A stretch of 64,000 nt of DNA from Candidatus Wirthbacteria bacterium. Its GTDB lineage: Bacteria > Patescibacteriota > CG2-30-54-11. The DNA is taken from NCBI GenBank assembly GCA_903889905.1, contig CAISZI010000040.1, positions 64,148-128,147 of the forward strand, read 5' to 3'. Made by a program: the position numbers and the translations under genes. The notes under the pieces were generated by a model that was given only the letters and a program-made list of their open reading frames with translations, made no database searches and was not told the DNA's origin. Every line of letters begins with the position of its first letter. Position 1 is the first letter of the stretch. Below are positions 9,836-18,781 of this stretch, piece by piece.

Positions 9836-9920
9836 TTTGTTCGTTGTTGACGCAGCCCGGTAGAGTAATTGGTCTGGTAGAAGGTAAATACTGAATTTAT
9901 CAACTTTGGCAGAGGACAAA

Positions 9921-11093
9921 ATGGCGGTAATCTGGGAAAATGAGCGTTTTGTCTATGATCGGCCGTGGTGGTTTGGGATACAGCAGCGATGGAAGCATTT
10001 GCCCAAAATATTTGGGGGCCGCGGTTACCTGGACAATGTCTGGCTTGCCTATCAATCCGGCATGCGTCCCTGGCCACTTTGGTGCAGTACTGCCAAAGTG
10101 CCACGTGGGTGGGATGAAATCGTCGTGACGCAAACGCCCTGGTACACAACGATCGACCTCAAACAGGTTGAAAGCAAGGCCAGGCAGATGATGCAATTGA
10201 TCGCAAGGAAGGCATTATCAGCAGACTATTTCTGGACTGTCAGTGAGGAACTAATCTGGTTTCTGGCCGGCGCACGACCTGCCATGTACGGGTTTGCCCG
10301 GAGTCAATTGCAATGGTTGAAATTAGCGGGTGACCCTGATTTATGTCATGCACTGGATTCCATGTTTTGTGCTCATTCCAGCTCACTTTTGATCAATCGT
10401 CGCCTCGGCGGTTTGATCATTGCCGCGCATCCAGAGATCTATCAACCATGGCGATGTTCAAGTGTGGAGAAGACGATTGACAGGGTTCTGAGCCAAAGTG
10501 TCAATTCCGGCATAGTGAGAGGCCGTTTGAGTGAGAAAAGCAGCAAGCTGTCATTGCCATTCAGCGCCAACCGTTATCAACGGGATGCCATATCCTTAGC
10601 CAAGGAGCTACTCTTGGGAAAATGTCCGGAACATCTCCGGGCGATACAGGACCGTTTGTTACCAAAGCGAACGCCGGAGTATGCTTTTGTTGATTATTTG
10701 ATCAATCAGGCGATTCAATCGTGTTCGGATGATGCACGCATCTGGTGGTCATCCATGGGGAGGGATTTTGGTCAAATACAATTCAAACGCGAGACTGAAA
10801 AAAAGTACTGGGAAGAAATTCAGGCGGCAGTCGAAGCAAAAGCCGTTGCCAGGACAGCCTGGGTAACCAGGGAAATGGTCTATGCTATCTGGAAAACGAC
10901 GCACGGTTTCGTGGATAGGAGTTTGACGTATTATGACATTGCTGGTGTGCGTTGCTATGGTGTGACTGATCTGGTTGGCAAAACCGCTCTGGATCGCTGG
11001 ATGAGTCAGGAGTTGGATGTTCTTGGCCAAAAAATTGGGTTGCAGGAGTGGGTAACGGCGGTACAGATGAACATTAAAGACAGGGACAAATAA
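9921..11093 (+). CDS. Trp-rich hypothetical protein X2 (tandem paralogue of X1)
   Basis: The ORF is 9906-11093, but ATG 9921 (GAGGA upstream; MAVIWENERFVYDRPWWFGI) aligns with the X1 N-terminus. I estimate roughly 30% identity to X1 across the whole length. It ends immediately before the hisF start at 11094. Confidence 0.65.
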   Translation: MAVIWENERFVYDRPWWFGIQQRWKHLPKIFGGRGYLDNVWLAYQSGMRPWPLWCSTAKVPRGWDEIVVTQTPWYTTIDLKQVESKARQMMQLIARKALSADYFWTVSEELIWFLAGARPAMYGFARSQLQWLKLAGDPDLCHALDSMFCAHSSSLLINRRLGGLIIAAHPEIYQPWRCSSVEKTIDRVLSQSVNSGIVRGRLSEKSSKLSLPFSANRYQRDAISLAKELLLGKCPEHLRAIQDRLLPKRTPEYAFVDYLINQAIQSCSDDARIWWSSMGRDFGQIQFKRETEKKYWEEIQAAVEAKAVARTAWVTREMVYAIWKTTHGFVDRSLTYYDIAGVRCYGVTDLVGKTALDRWMSQELDVLGQKIGLQEWVTAVQMNIKDRDK

Positions 11094-11867
11094 ATGCTTA
11101 CCAAACGCATCATTCCCTGTCTCGACGTCAAACATGGCCGCGTCACCAAAGGTGTTCGTTTTGCGCAAAATCGCGACATTGGCGATCCGGTGGAACTGGC
11201 GCGAAAGTATTATCGGGACGGCGCCGACGAGTTGGTGTTTTATGACATCGGCGCTTCGCCCGAGGACAAAGGCATTTTGATCGACTGGGTGCAAAATGTG
11301 GCCAAAGCCATCCACATTCCTTTTGCCGTCGGTGGCGGCATCCGTTCTGTCACGGACATGCGGGCTGTTCTGCTCGCCGGCGCCGAAAAAGTCAGTATCA
11401 ACAGTGCAGCGGTTTTGAATCCGCAGCTTATCGCCGACGGTGCCAAAGCGTTTGGTGCGCAATGCGTGGTGCTGGGTGTAGACGTGAAACGGGTTACTGC
11501 CTCGGCGTCAGTCCCGAGCGGGTTTGAGGTTTACATCCATGGTGGGCGCAAACCAATGTACCTGGATGCGCTCGGGTGGATCCAGCGGGCAGCCGAACTG
11601 GGCGCGGGCGAAGTGTGTGTCAACAGTATTGATGCGGATGGCACGAAAGCGGGTTATGATCTTGATCTGTTGGAGCTGGTGGTTGATGCCGTTGGTATTC
11701 CGGTAATTGCATCGGGTGGCGCGGGATCGATTGAGGATATCATTTCGGTTTTTCGGCAGGCCCATGTCGATGCGGCGCTGGTGGCGTCGATTGTGCATGA
11801 GGGAACGGTGACGATGGGGGAGATCAAAAGGAAATTGGGAGAAGAAGGTTTTTTAGTCAGGAATTAA
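11094..11867 (+). CDS. hisF: Imidazole glycerol phosphate synthase, cyclase subunit
   Basis: [23 protein letters not shown]...VFYDI...GGGIRS is a canonical HisF. Confidence 0.92.
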   Translation: MLTKRIIPCLDVKHGRVTKGVRFAQNRDIGDPVELARKYYRDGADELVFYDIGASPEDKGILIDWVQNVAKAIHIPFAVGGGIRSVTDMRAVLLAGAEKVSINSAAVLNPQLIADGAKAFGAQCVVLGVDVKRVTASASVPSGFEVYIHGGRKPMYLDALGWIQRAAELGAGEVCVNSIDADGTKAGYDLDLLELVVDAVGIPVIASGGAGSIEDIISVFRQAHVDAALVASIVHEGTVTMGEIKRKLGEEGFLVRN

Positions 11868-11874
11868 TTATTCC

Positions 11875-11909
11875 GTCATTGCGAGCCATGCAGCATGGCT
11901 CGCAATGAC
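11875..11909. repeat. Perfect palindrome GTCATTGCGAGCCATGC-A-GCATGGCTCGCAATGAC (17-bp arms) between hisF and hisIE; same termini as the MITE/REP-like family
   Basis: Read directly. It sits 8 nt after the hisF stop and 12 nt before the hisIE start. Confidence 0.8.
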
Positions 11910-11921
11910 AATGGAGGGAAA

Positions 11922-12533
11922 ATGCCAAAAGAACTTTCGGATCTTATTTTCCAAAACTCCCTCATCCCCGTCATCGTCCAGGACGTGGCGACGCGCGACG
12001 TGCTTATGCTTGCCTGGCAAAATCAGGAAGCGATCGACAAAACTGTAGAAACCAAGGAAATGTGGTTCTGGTCGCGTTCGCGGCAGCAGCTTTGGCATAA
12101 AGGGGAAACCAGCGGCAATCGACTGCTGGTGTGTGGCGTACGTGTGGATTGTGACCGCGACACGCTGCTTTATCTGGTTAAGCCGACGGGGCCAGCTTGC
12201 CACACGGGCCAGGGAACGTGCTTTGGGATCAAGGCGTTTTCATTGGCTATTCTTGAACAATTGATCGCCAGCCGTAAACAAAACCCGCAGAGTAACTCCT
12301 ATACCAATTTACTGCTTGATGATCCCAAGAGTATTTTGGAGAAAATCATCGAAGAAGCAGGCGAAGTGGTGCAGGCCGTGGCAAAGCATGAAGGCACAAG
12401 ACAAATTACCTGGGAAGTGTCGGATCTGCTTTATCATCTGCTAGTATTGCTTGGCAGCGAAGGAATTCCGCTCAGTGCAATACTGGCAGAGCTAGCGGCT
12501 CGACATGATGAGCAGAAGGAACAGCTTTCCTGA
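11922..12533 (+). CDS. hisI: Bifunctional phosphoribosyl-AMP cyclohydrolase / phosphoribosyl-ATP pyrophosphatase
   Basis: MPKELSDLIFQNSLIPVIVQD...WSRSRQQLWHKGETSGN...CDRDTLL is the HisI part. The C-terminal ...EEAGEVVQA...EVSDLLYHLLVLL is the HisE MazG-like part. ATG 11922 has a GGAGGG SD upstream, whereas the ORF-track start 11895 lies inside the palindrome. Confidence 0.85.
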   Translation: MPKELSDLIFQNSLIPVIVQDVATRDVLMLAWQNQEAIDKTVETKEMWFWSRSRQQLWHKGETSGNRLLVCGVRVDCDRDTLLYLVKPTGPACHTGQGTCFGIKAFSLAILEQLIASRKQNPQSNSYTNLLLDDPKSILEKIIEEAGEVVQAVAKHEGTRQITWEVSDLLYHLLVLLGSEGIPLSAILAELAARHDEQKEQLS

Positions 12534-12616
12534 CCCACGACTTTTTTGGGCGGTTTGGGCAATTCGCTGGCAGATGGTATAATAATTGGAGCCTATCATC
12601 TCTAAAATCAAAACAC

Positions 12617-15418
12617 ATGGAAGATACGATTTTTGCCTCGGGAACGTTCTGGTTGATCAGTTTGCTGGTCGTAACCACGGTTTGGATCGTGCTGACGCTG
12701 CTGCGGCAGTCACGCATTCGCAAAATTAACACGCCCACCGTGGTGCTCGCGCTTTCAGTCCCCAAAAATAACGAAAAATCACCCCTCTCGGCTGAACAGT
12801 TGTTTGCTTCCCTGCATGGCTTGCATCGCAAGCATTTTCAGGCGCTGACGTATGGCCAGGTCAATATCTCACTGGAGATTCTGGCCCAAAAAGGCGCCAT
12901 CCGGTTTTATGTGACGGTACCCGAAAATCAGCAAAAATACATCTGCAACCAGATTTACGCCCAGTATCCGGATGTCAAAATCGAACCAGTGGATGACTAT
13001 GCCAAGGTCTATGATCTGAGTGTGATTGAACGCGAAGCGGCGGGGGCCAATATTGTGCTGAACCGGCCGTTCGTTTATCCGATCCGTACGTTTCAGAATT
13101 TTGACGTCGACCCGCTGGCATCCATGACCTCAGCCTTGTCTAACCTCGATGAAGGCAATGAAGTCTGGGTGCAAATGGTACTCCGGCCAGTCGGCAACAG
13201 CTGGCACGCGCGGGCGCACCACTTTGTCGGTCAACTGCGCAATGGCAAGCAGGGATTTTTGGGCAGTGTGTTGATCAATTTGATTCGTGAAATTGTCCAT
13301 ATAATTTTCATCGGCATTCCACGTGCGTTACTTTTTAATAAAGCGGGACTGGAATCCGGACCAGGCAGTGAAACTAAGATTAGTGACGCTGATTCGGCTG
13401 CTCTTAAATTGATTGAAGAAAAAACGACAAAGCTGGGGTTCGCGGTTAATTTGAGAATTCTCAGCATCGCGCCGACGCGAGAAGCGGCCACCACGCATGT
13501 GCAGCAGTTTATCTCGACCTTGCAGCAGTTCAATCAGCCCAATGCCAACGGGTTTCGCATGGGCCGACGTATCCTGAGCATGGGTAATTTCAAGGAAAAG
13601 TACAAAAACCGCCGTTCCAAAGGTTCCAGCATTATCATGAATACCGAAGAACTGGCGTCGTTTTATCACTTGCCCAACCAAATGGTGACGACACCGACGA
13701 TTGTCTGGTCGCGCGCGCGCAAAGGCGAACCACCGCCCAATTTGCCCATTACCACACCCGATGGCGACAACCGTAATTTGACGATTTTTGCCAAAACTGA
13801 CTTTCGGCACGAGGAACGCAAATTCGGTATCAAACAGCTTGACCGCCTGCGGCATACGTATGTGATTGGAAAAACCGGCATGGGTAAATCCACGATGCTG
13901 GCCAACATGGCAATTGACGACATCCGTTCTGGGCGTGGCGTGGCGGTGATTGACCCGCATGGCGACCTAATCGAAACCGTGCTGGATTACATTCCCAATA
14001 AACGCGTCAACGACGTAGTGATGTTTAACCCGGCAGACCGGCATTTCCCGGTGGCACTCAATATGCTCGAATCAGTCAACGACGAGTTCAAAGGCCTGGT
14101 GGCGTCGGGTTTGATCGCGGTTTTTTATAAAATGTATGAAAACAGCTGGGGCCCGCGCATGGAGCATATTTTGCGCAATTCCATCCTGGCGCTACTGGAT
14201 TCGCCCAATTCGACGCTGCTTGGGATTCCGCGCATGCTGGTGGACAAGGATTATCGCAATTCTGTGACGCGAAACATTACCAACCCGACTGTCGGCATGT
14301 TTTGGGAAAGTGAATTTCCCAAAATTGAAACCAGCCGTACGGCAGCCGAATCGCTAGGTGCAGTGCAGAACAAAATGGGTCAGTTCCTGAGCGCGCCGAT
14401 CGTGCGCAACATCGTGGGCCAGCCCAAAAGTACGATCGACATCCGCAGCATCATGGACGAAGGTAAAATTCTGCTGGTCAACCTGTCCAAAGGGTTGATC
14501 GGCGAAGATGTCAGCGCCCTGATGGGTGCCATGATGATCACCAAAGTTCAACTCGCCGCCATGTCGCGGTCGGATGTGCCTGAGGAGAAGCGTGTGCCGT
14601 TCTATATGTACGTTGACGAATTTCAAAACTTTGCCACCAGCAGCTTTGCCACGATTTTGTCCGAAGCACGCAAATACAAACTTGGTCTCACCATGGCCAA
14701 CCAGTACATCAGCCAAATGCCCGAAGATGTTCGCGCCGCCGTGTTTGGCAACGTGGGCACGTTGATCACCTTTTCCATTGGTGCCAGTGACGCGCCATTT
14801 ATTGCCAAGGAATTCATGCCGGTTTTTGATGACAACGACGTTATCCATTTGGACAAATACAACATTTATCTGCGCCTCACCGTTGATGGCCGCAATACTG
14901 AACCTTTTAGCGCCACGACGTTGCCGTTGCCAATCAACAAAAGCAACGCCCGGGACAAAATTTTGCGTGTCACGCGTGAACGCTACAGCAAACCGGTGGA
15001 CAAGGTTGAAGAAAAAATTGAACAAATGGTGGGTTTTCACCAGCTCAAACAAGGGGAATCGGAAAAAGTTGCGCCGGACACCAAAAAAATTGTTGCTGCC
15101 TCACTCAAACCGGCGGTTCCAGCTCCAGCTACCGCCAAGCCAGCGGCTGTCGCTGTGATCAGTCCTCGTGCCAGCAATCCTGCCATGCAAGGCGGAAATG
15201 CCAAAATTCCACAACCCGGCGCGACAGCAATTGCTATCCCAAATGCACCCGTAACTTCACCCCAATCGACTCCAAATCCAGCACCTCCCGCCAATCATCA
15301 GGACAATGCCCGCGCCTCCATTGCTCAAGCTGCCACCCAGGTAGCCGCCAATCAGCGTGAGCGTAACCGTTTGAATCGCAACAAACCACAACCTCCGCCA
15401 CTAGGGCCAAAAGGTTAG
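12617..15418 (+). CDS. Membrane-anchored FtsK/HerA-superfamily P-loop ATPase of the TraG/VirD4/VirB4-like (DUF87-type) group; probable DNA-translocation / type IV secretion-like ATPase; Pro/Ala-rich C-terminal tail
   Basis: There is an N-terminal TM helix (FWLISLLVVTTVWIVLTLL). Walker A is VIGKTGMGKST, there is a VIDPHGDL motif, and Walker B is FYMYVDEFQNFA. The last ~130 aa are low-complexity and rich in P/A/T. Confidence 0.65.
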   Translation: MEDTIFASGTFWLISLLVVTTVWIVLTLLRQSRIRKINTPTVVLALSVPKNNEKSPLSAEQLFASLHGLHRKHFQALTYGQVNISLEILAQKGAIRFYVTVPENQQKYICNQIYAQYPDVKIEPVDDYAKVYDLSVIEREAAGANIVLNRPFVYPIRTFQNFDVDPLASMTSALSNLDEGNEVWVQMVLRPVGNSWHARAHHFVGQLRNGKQGFLGSVLINLIREIVHIIFIGIPRALLFNKAGLESGPGSETKISDADSAALKLIEEKTTKLGFAVNLRILSIAPTREAATTHVQQFISTLQQFNQPNANGFRMGRRILSMGNFKEKYKNRRSKGSSIIMNTEELASFYHLPNQMVTTPTIVWSRARKGEPPPNLPITTPDGDNRNLTIFAKTDFRHEERKFGIKQLDRLRHTYVIGKTGMGKSTMLANMAIDDIRSGRGVAVIDPHGDLIETVLDYIPNKRVNDVVMFNPADRHFPVALNMLESVNDEFKGLVASGLIAVFYKMYENSWGPRMEHILRNSILALLDSPNSTLLGIPRMLVDKDYRNSVTRNITNPTVGMFWESEFPKIETSRTAAESLGAVQNKMGQFLSAPIVRNIVGQPKSTIDIRSIMDEGKILLVNLSKGLIGEDVSALMGAMMITKVQLAAMSRSDVPEEKRVPFYMYVDEFQNFATSSFATILSEARKYKLGLTMANQYISQMPEDVRAAVFGNVGTLITFSIGASDAPFIAKEFMPVFDDNDVIHLDKYNIYLRLTVDGRNTEPFSATTLPLPINKSNARDKILRVTRERYSKPVDKVEEKIEQMVGFHQLKQGESEKVAPDTKKIVAASLKPAVPAPATAKPAAVAVISPRASNPAMQGGNAKIPQPGATAIAIPNAPVTSPQSTPNPAPPANHQDNARASIAQAATQVAANQRERNRLNRNKPQPPPLGPKG

Positions 15419-15939
15419 TCATTCTGAGTGAAGCGAAGAATCCTCACTGAGCCTTGAAAAGGTGCTTGTGGTTTACCCATTGTAATACTCTTGCAAGTAG
15501 TAAGGATGCTTCCTCCTTCGCAAAGCTTCGGAGGACGGGTCGTTTCCCTCAGCATGACGGACGGCAGTCATTCTGAACGGAGTGAAGAATCCTCCCTGAG
15601 CCTTGAAAAGGTGCTTGTGGTTTACCCATAGTGATACTCTTGTAAGTAGTAAGGATGCTTCGTTTCTCTCAGCATGACAGTCAGCAGTCATTCTGAACGG
15701 AGTGAAGAATCCTTACTGAAACGTGAATTTGTACATGTGGTTAACCATGGTCAGCTCTTGTAAACAGTAAGGATACCTGCCTGGCAGTAAACAGTCTTCA
15801 ACTGCAACAGTTTCAGCATGAAGGACTGCAGTCATTCTGAGTGAAGCGAAGAATCCCTACTGTGTCGTGAGACCAAACATGTCGTATCCCCTAAGTGATC
15901 TTTGTTCAGTAGTAGGGATGCTTCGTACCTCAGCATGAC
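15418..15939. repeat. Tandem array of four imperfect-palindromic repeat units (about 141, 112, 137 and 109 bp) bounded by GTCATTCTGAG..CTCAGCATGAC termini; MITE/REP-like, not CRISPR
   Basis: Units start at 15418, 15567, 15687 and 15831, each with GTCATTCTGA(G/A)(T/C)GAAGCGAAGAATCC and ending in ...GGATGCTTCG..TCAGCATGAC. Units 1 and 2 have nearly identical interiors. Units 3 and 4 have different interiors but the matching inner stems co-vary (CCTTACTG/CAGTAAGG versus CCCTACTG/CAGTAGTAGGG). The first unit overlaps the TAG stop of the preceding CDS. Confidence 0.8.
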
Positions 15940-16006
15940 GGATGCTGCTTCCGCCCATTTGAAATGATTTGTGCTATTCTGTGGCTACTTTCTACATTGA
16001 GGCCCC

Positions 16007-18781
16007 ATGTCTGCCACTGCCACCCATTTTATCGTTGTTGATCTGGAAACCACTGGATTGGAATCCCGCAAGGACGCCATCATCGAAGTTGGGCTGGTGC
16101 ATTGTGCTTATGCCATGGGTGAGATGAAAGTGCTGGAAACCTTTGAATCGCTCGTCAATCCCGGCCGCCATCTGGATTTCCTGATCGAAAAAATCACCGG
16201 CATCAGCAATGACATGCTCAAGGATGCGCGTTCTTGGAGCGACGTGAAACCCGAAATTGTCGCCTTCATTGGCGATTTACCACTGGTCGCACATAACGCG
16301 GATTTTGACATGGGATTTCTGGACGAAAATGGTGTCGACACCAAAACACACTCGATTTACGACACATACTGGCTTTCGACTTTGCTCGTTCCCGAAGCCA
16401 CCAGTTATGACCTGGGTTACCTATGTGAATTCTTTAAGGTCATGAACAAACAGCATCACCGCGCGCTCAATGACGCTGAAGTCACGGCACAGGTTTTTGG
16501 ACAGCTGCTGGATCGGTTTGACACGCTTGACAGCCAGTCTTTGCGTAACGTCAAAACGTTTATCGAGGACCGCAACTGGTCATATGCCACATTGCTTCCG
16601 GCCAAAGGCAAACGGGCTGAAAAGGATGATGCCACTGAAGCCGTTGTTTTACGGCAGTTTGCTAATGCCCAAGAATTGCACGACCATCCGCTTGCGATCG
16701 ACAACAAGGCGCTTAATTCAGTTTTCGCGGCCAAAGGCCACCTCAGCAAGCAGTTTGCGAGTTACGAAGAACGACCCCAGCAAACCGAAATGGCCGTCGA
16801 CATAGCAGGCGCCCTGACGACAGACAATATTCTGGCGATTGAAGCCGGCACAGGTGTCGGTAAATCGTTGGCTTACCTGGTCCCGGCTGCGCAGCTTGCG
16901 CTGCAGAACAACACACAGGTGGTCATCGCTACCTTTACGCTCAATCTGCAGGACCAGCTGGTGGACAAGGATATTCCGGTTGTGGTCAAGGCCATGGCCA
17001 AATCCTTTGCCGATCCGCCGCTTTCGTATGCCATTCTCAAAGGTCGCGACCATTATTTGTGTTCACGGCGACTCAAGTATTTCTTGAAGCGCCAGAATTT
17101 GAGCGACTATGAAGTCAGTTTTGCCGTCAAGCTACTGCTGGCCTTGCCAAGGCTGGTGGAAGGGGTGAAGCAGGAAATCAGCCTGTCGCGCGCCGAATAC
17201 CGGCTCTGGGGCCAGGTCAATGCCGCATCCGAATTTTGTTATGGCCAGCATTGTGACCACAGCGAATCGCCCTGCTTCTACGCCAAAGCCTGGAAAGCGG
17301 CCAAGAATTCTCACCTGATTGTCACCAACCATGCCTTTTTGTTCAGCAACCAGCAGTTGGCTGGTACCGATTTTCCGTTCGTCATCATTGATGAAGCACA
17401 CCACCTGGAGGATGTCATTTCCGACCAGAACACACAGGAATTTGACGAGTTCCAATTCAAGGAGTGGCTTTCGGGTTTTGGCCAGAAAAAGGGTGCGACC
17501 TATGCCGGGCTTTTGGGCGAACTGCAGGTTTATGGCGCAGCGACCAAAACGGACAATCTGGAGGATTTGAGCCACATTTCGCGTTTGGTGCAGCAGTTAA
17601 ATAAACAGCATAAGCATTTGGCGAAATTTTTGTTGGAAATTCTGCAACCCGCCGGCACCACAGCCGGCCTTTTTGCCGCCAAAAAAGCGCCTACCGAAGC
17701 GCCAGTGGGGGATTGGGACCGCAACAAACGCATCACCGGCGCCATCCGTGAATCCGGTGCCTGGTTGGAAATTGAAAAGCTGGTCGAGACGATTGCGCCA
17801 AGTCTGGTTGAACTGGTGGAATTGCTCACCGCACAGCTTCCCGATGATCAGTTTGCCAAAACCGACCTGGGACGAACGGTCAAAGAGCAGGTTCAAAGCC
17901 AGATTGACCAGGCCAGTTTTTTTCGCCAGGTGCTGCAGCAAGCCATATTGACGCCACGGGATAACGAATTTGTGACGTACCTTCGCCTTGATCCCAGGCT
18001 TTCCAGTGTGGCCGTGCGGGTTGTGCCGTTGGAAGCTGGTAAGATCTTCCACGATGATTTTTTGGTCAATAAACGGGCGGTAATTTTGACGTCAGCGACA
18101 CTGTTTGGCAGTTCCGACGAGTACCTTACGCGTCAGCTCAACCTGGTGGATCTGGTGACGTGCAAACGCATTGCTTCGCCATTTGATTACCCGCGTCAGG
18201 CGCAGCTGTATATCCCATCGGATTTGCCACACCACCATGATGGTGAGTTTGAATCCTACTTGGGGAAGCAGCTCAAGGAGCTTGTCAAACTTCACCACGG
18301 CCGGGCCATGGTTTTGTTCACATCCTATGCCCAGCTCAAACGCATGCACCAGAAATTATTGCGCGAACTGGATGAAATAGGCATCGAAATTCTGTCCCAG
18401 GGCATTGTCGGCAGCCGCGCCAAGATCGTACGTGCGTTCAAAAAGAATCCTAGCAGTGTCATCTTTGGCACCAACAGTTTTTGGGAAGGCGTGGATTTCC
18501 CTGGCGACGAACTAAAAACTTTGGTGATCGTCAAATTGCCGTTTGATGTTCCGTCGGATCCGATCTTTGCTGCACGCAGTGAGAAATTTGAGAATGCATT
18601 TACCGAATATTCCCTGCCGCGCGCCGTGTTGCGCTTCAAACAAGGCTTTGGCCGACTCATTCGCACCAAAACTGACACCGGCATTGTCGCTATTCTGGAC
18701 AAACGCATCGTCGGCAGCGGCTATGGCAAGGAATTCCTCAAGGCGCTGCCGGAGGGGATGAAGCGGATTGCGGAGCTTTAG
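16007..18781 (+). CDS. dinG: DinG-family ATP-dependent DNA helicase with an N-terminal DnaQ-like 3'-5' exonuclease domain
   Basis: The N-terminus FIVVDLETTGL...VAHNADFDMGFL...HRALNDA carries the DEDDh exonuclease motifs. It is followed by GTGVGKS (Walker A), DEAHH (the helicase DEAH box) and an Fe-S-like cysteine cluster region (CSRR...CYGQHCDHSESPC). Confidence 0.85.
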   Translation: MSATATHFIVVDLETTGLESRKDAIIEVGLVHCAYAMGEMKVLETFESLVNPGRHLDFLIEKITGISNDMLKDARSWSDVKPEIVAFIGDLPLVAHNADFDMGFLDENGVDTKTHSIYDTYWLSTLLVPEATSYDLGYLCEFFKVMNKQHHRALNDAEVTAQVFGQLLDRFDTLDSQSLRNVKTFIEDRNWSYATLLPAKGKRAEKDDATEAVVLRQFANAQELHDHPLAIDNKALNSVFAAKGHLSKQFASYEERPQQTEMAVDIAGALTTDNILAIEAGTGVGKSLAYLVPAAQLALQNNTQVVIATFTLNLQDQLVDKDIPVVVKAMAKSFADPPLSYAILKGRDHYLCSRRLKYFLKRQNLSDYEVSFAVKLLLALPRLVEGVKQEISLSRAEYRLWGQVNAASEFCYGQHCDHSESPCFYAKAWKAAKNSHLIVTNHAFLFSNQQLAGTDFPFVIIDEAHHLEDVISDQNTQEFDEFQFKEWLSGFGQKKGATYAGLLGELQVYGAATKTDNLEDLSHISRLVQQLNKQHKHLAKFLLEILQPAGTTAGLFAAKKAPTEAPVGDWDRNKRITGAIRESGAWLEIEKLVETIAPSLVELVELLTAQLPDDQFAKTDLGRTVKEQVQSQIDQASFFRQVLQQAILTPRDNEFVTYLRLDPRLSSVAVRVVPLEAGKIFHDDFLVNKRAVILTSATLFGSSDEYLTRQLNLVDLVTCKRIASPFDYPRQAQLYIPSDLPHHHDGEFESYLGKQLKELVKLHHGRAMVLFTSYAQLKRMHQKLLRELDEIGIEILSQGIVGSRAKIVRAFKKNPSSVIFGTNSFWEGVDFPGDELKTLVIVKLPFDVPSDPIFAARSEKFENAFTEYSLPRAVLRFKQGFGRLIRTKTDTGIVAILDKRIVGSGYGKEFLKALPEGMKRIAEL

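Noticed and set aside
9906-9920. Upstream ATG as the X2 start
   Set aside because: ATG 9921 aligns with the X1 N-terminus (MVAVLLDDGRF versus MAVIWENERF) and has a GAGGA SD. The 5 extra codons are therefore probably not translated, though this cannot be excluded.
11895-11921. ORF-track start of hisIE at 11895
   Set aside because: That ATG lies inside the perfect palindrome. ATG 11922 has a GGAGGG SD and begins the conserved HisI sequence.
15418-15939. Possible CRISPR array
   Set aside because: The units are 110-140 bp imperfect palindromes separated by only ~8 bp. There are no 25-40 bp direct repeats alternating with unique spacers, and no cas genes are nearby.
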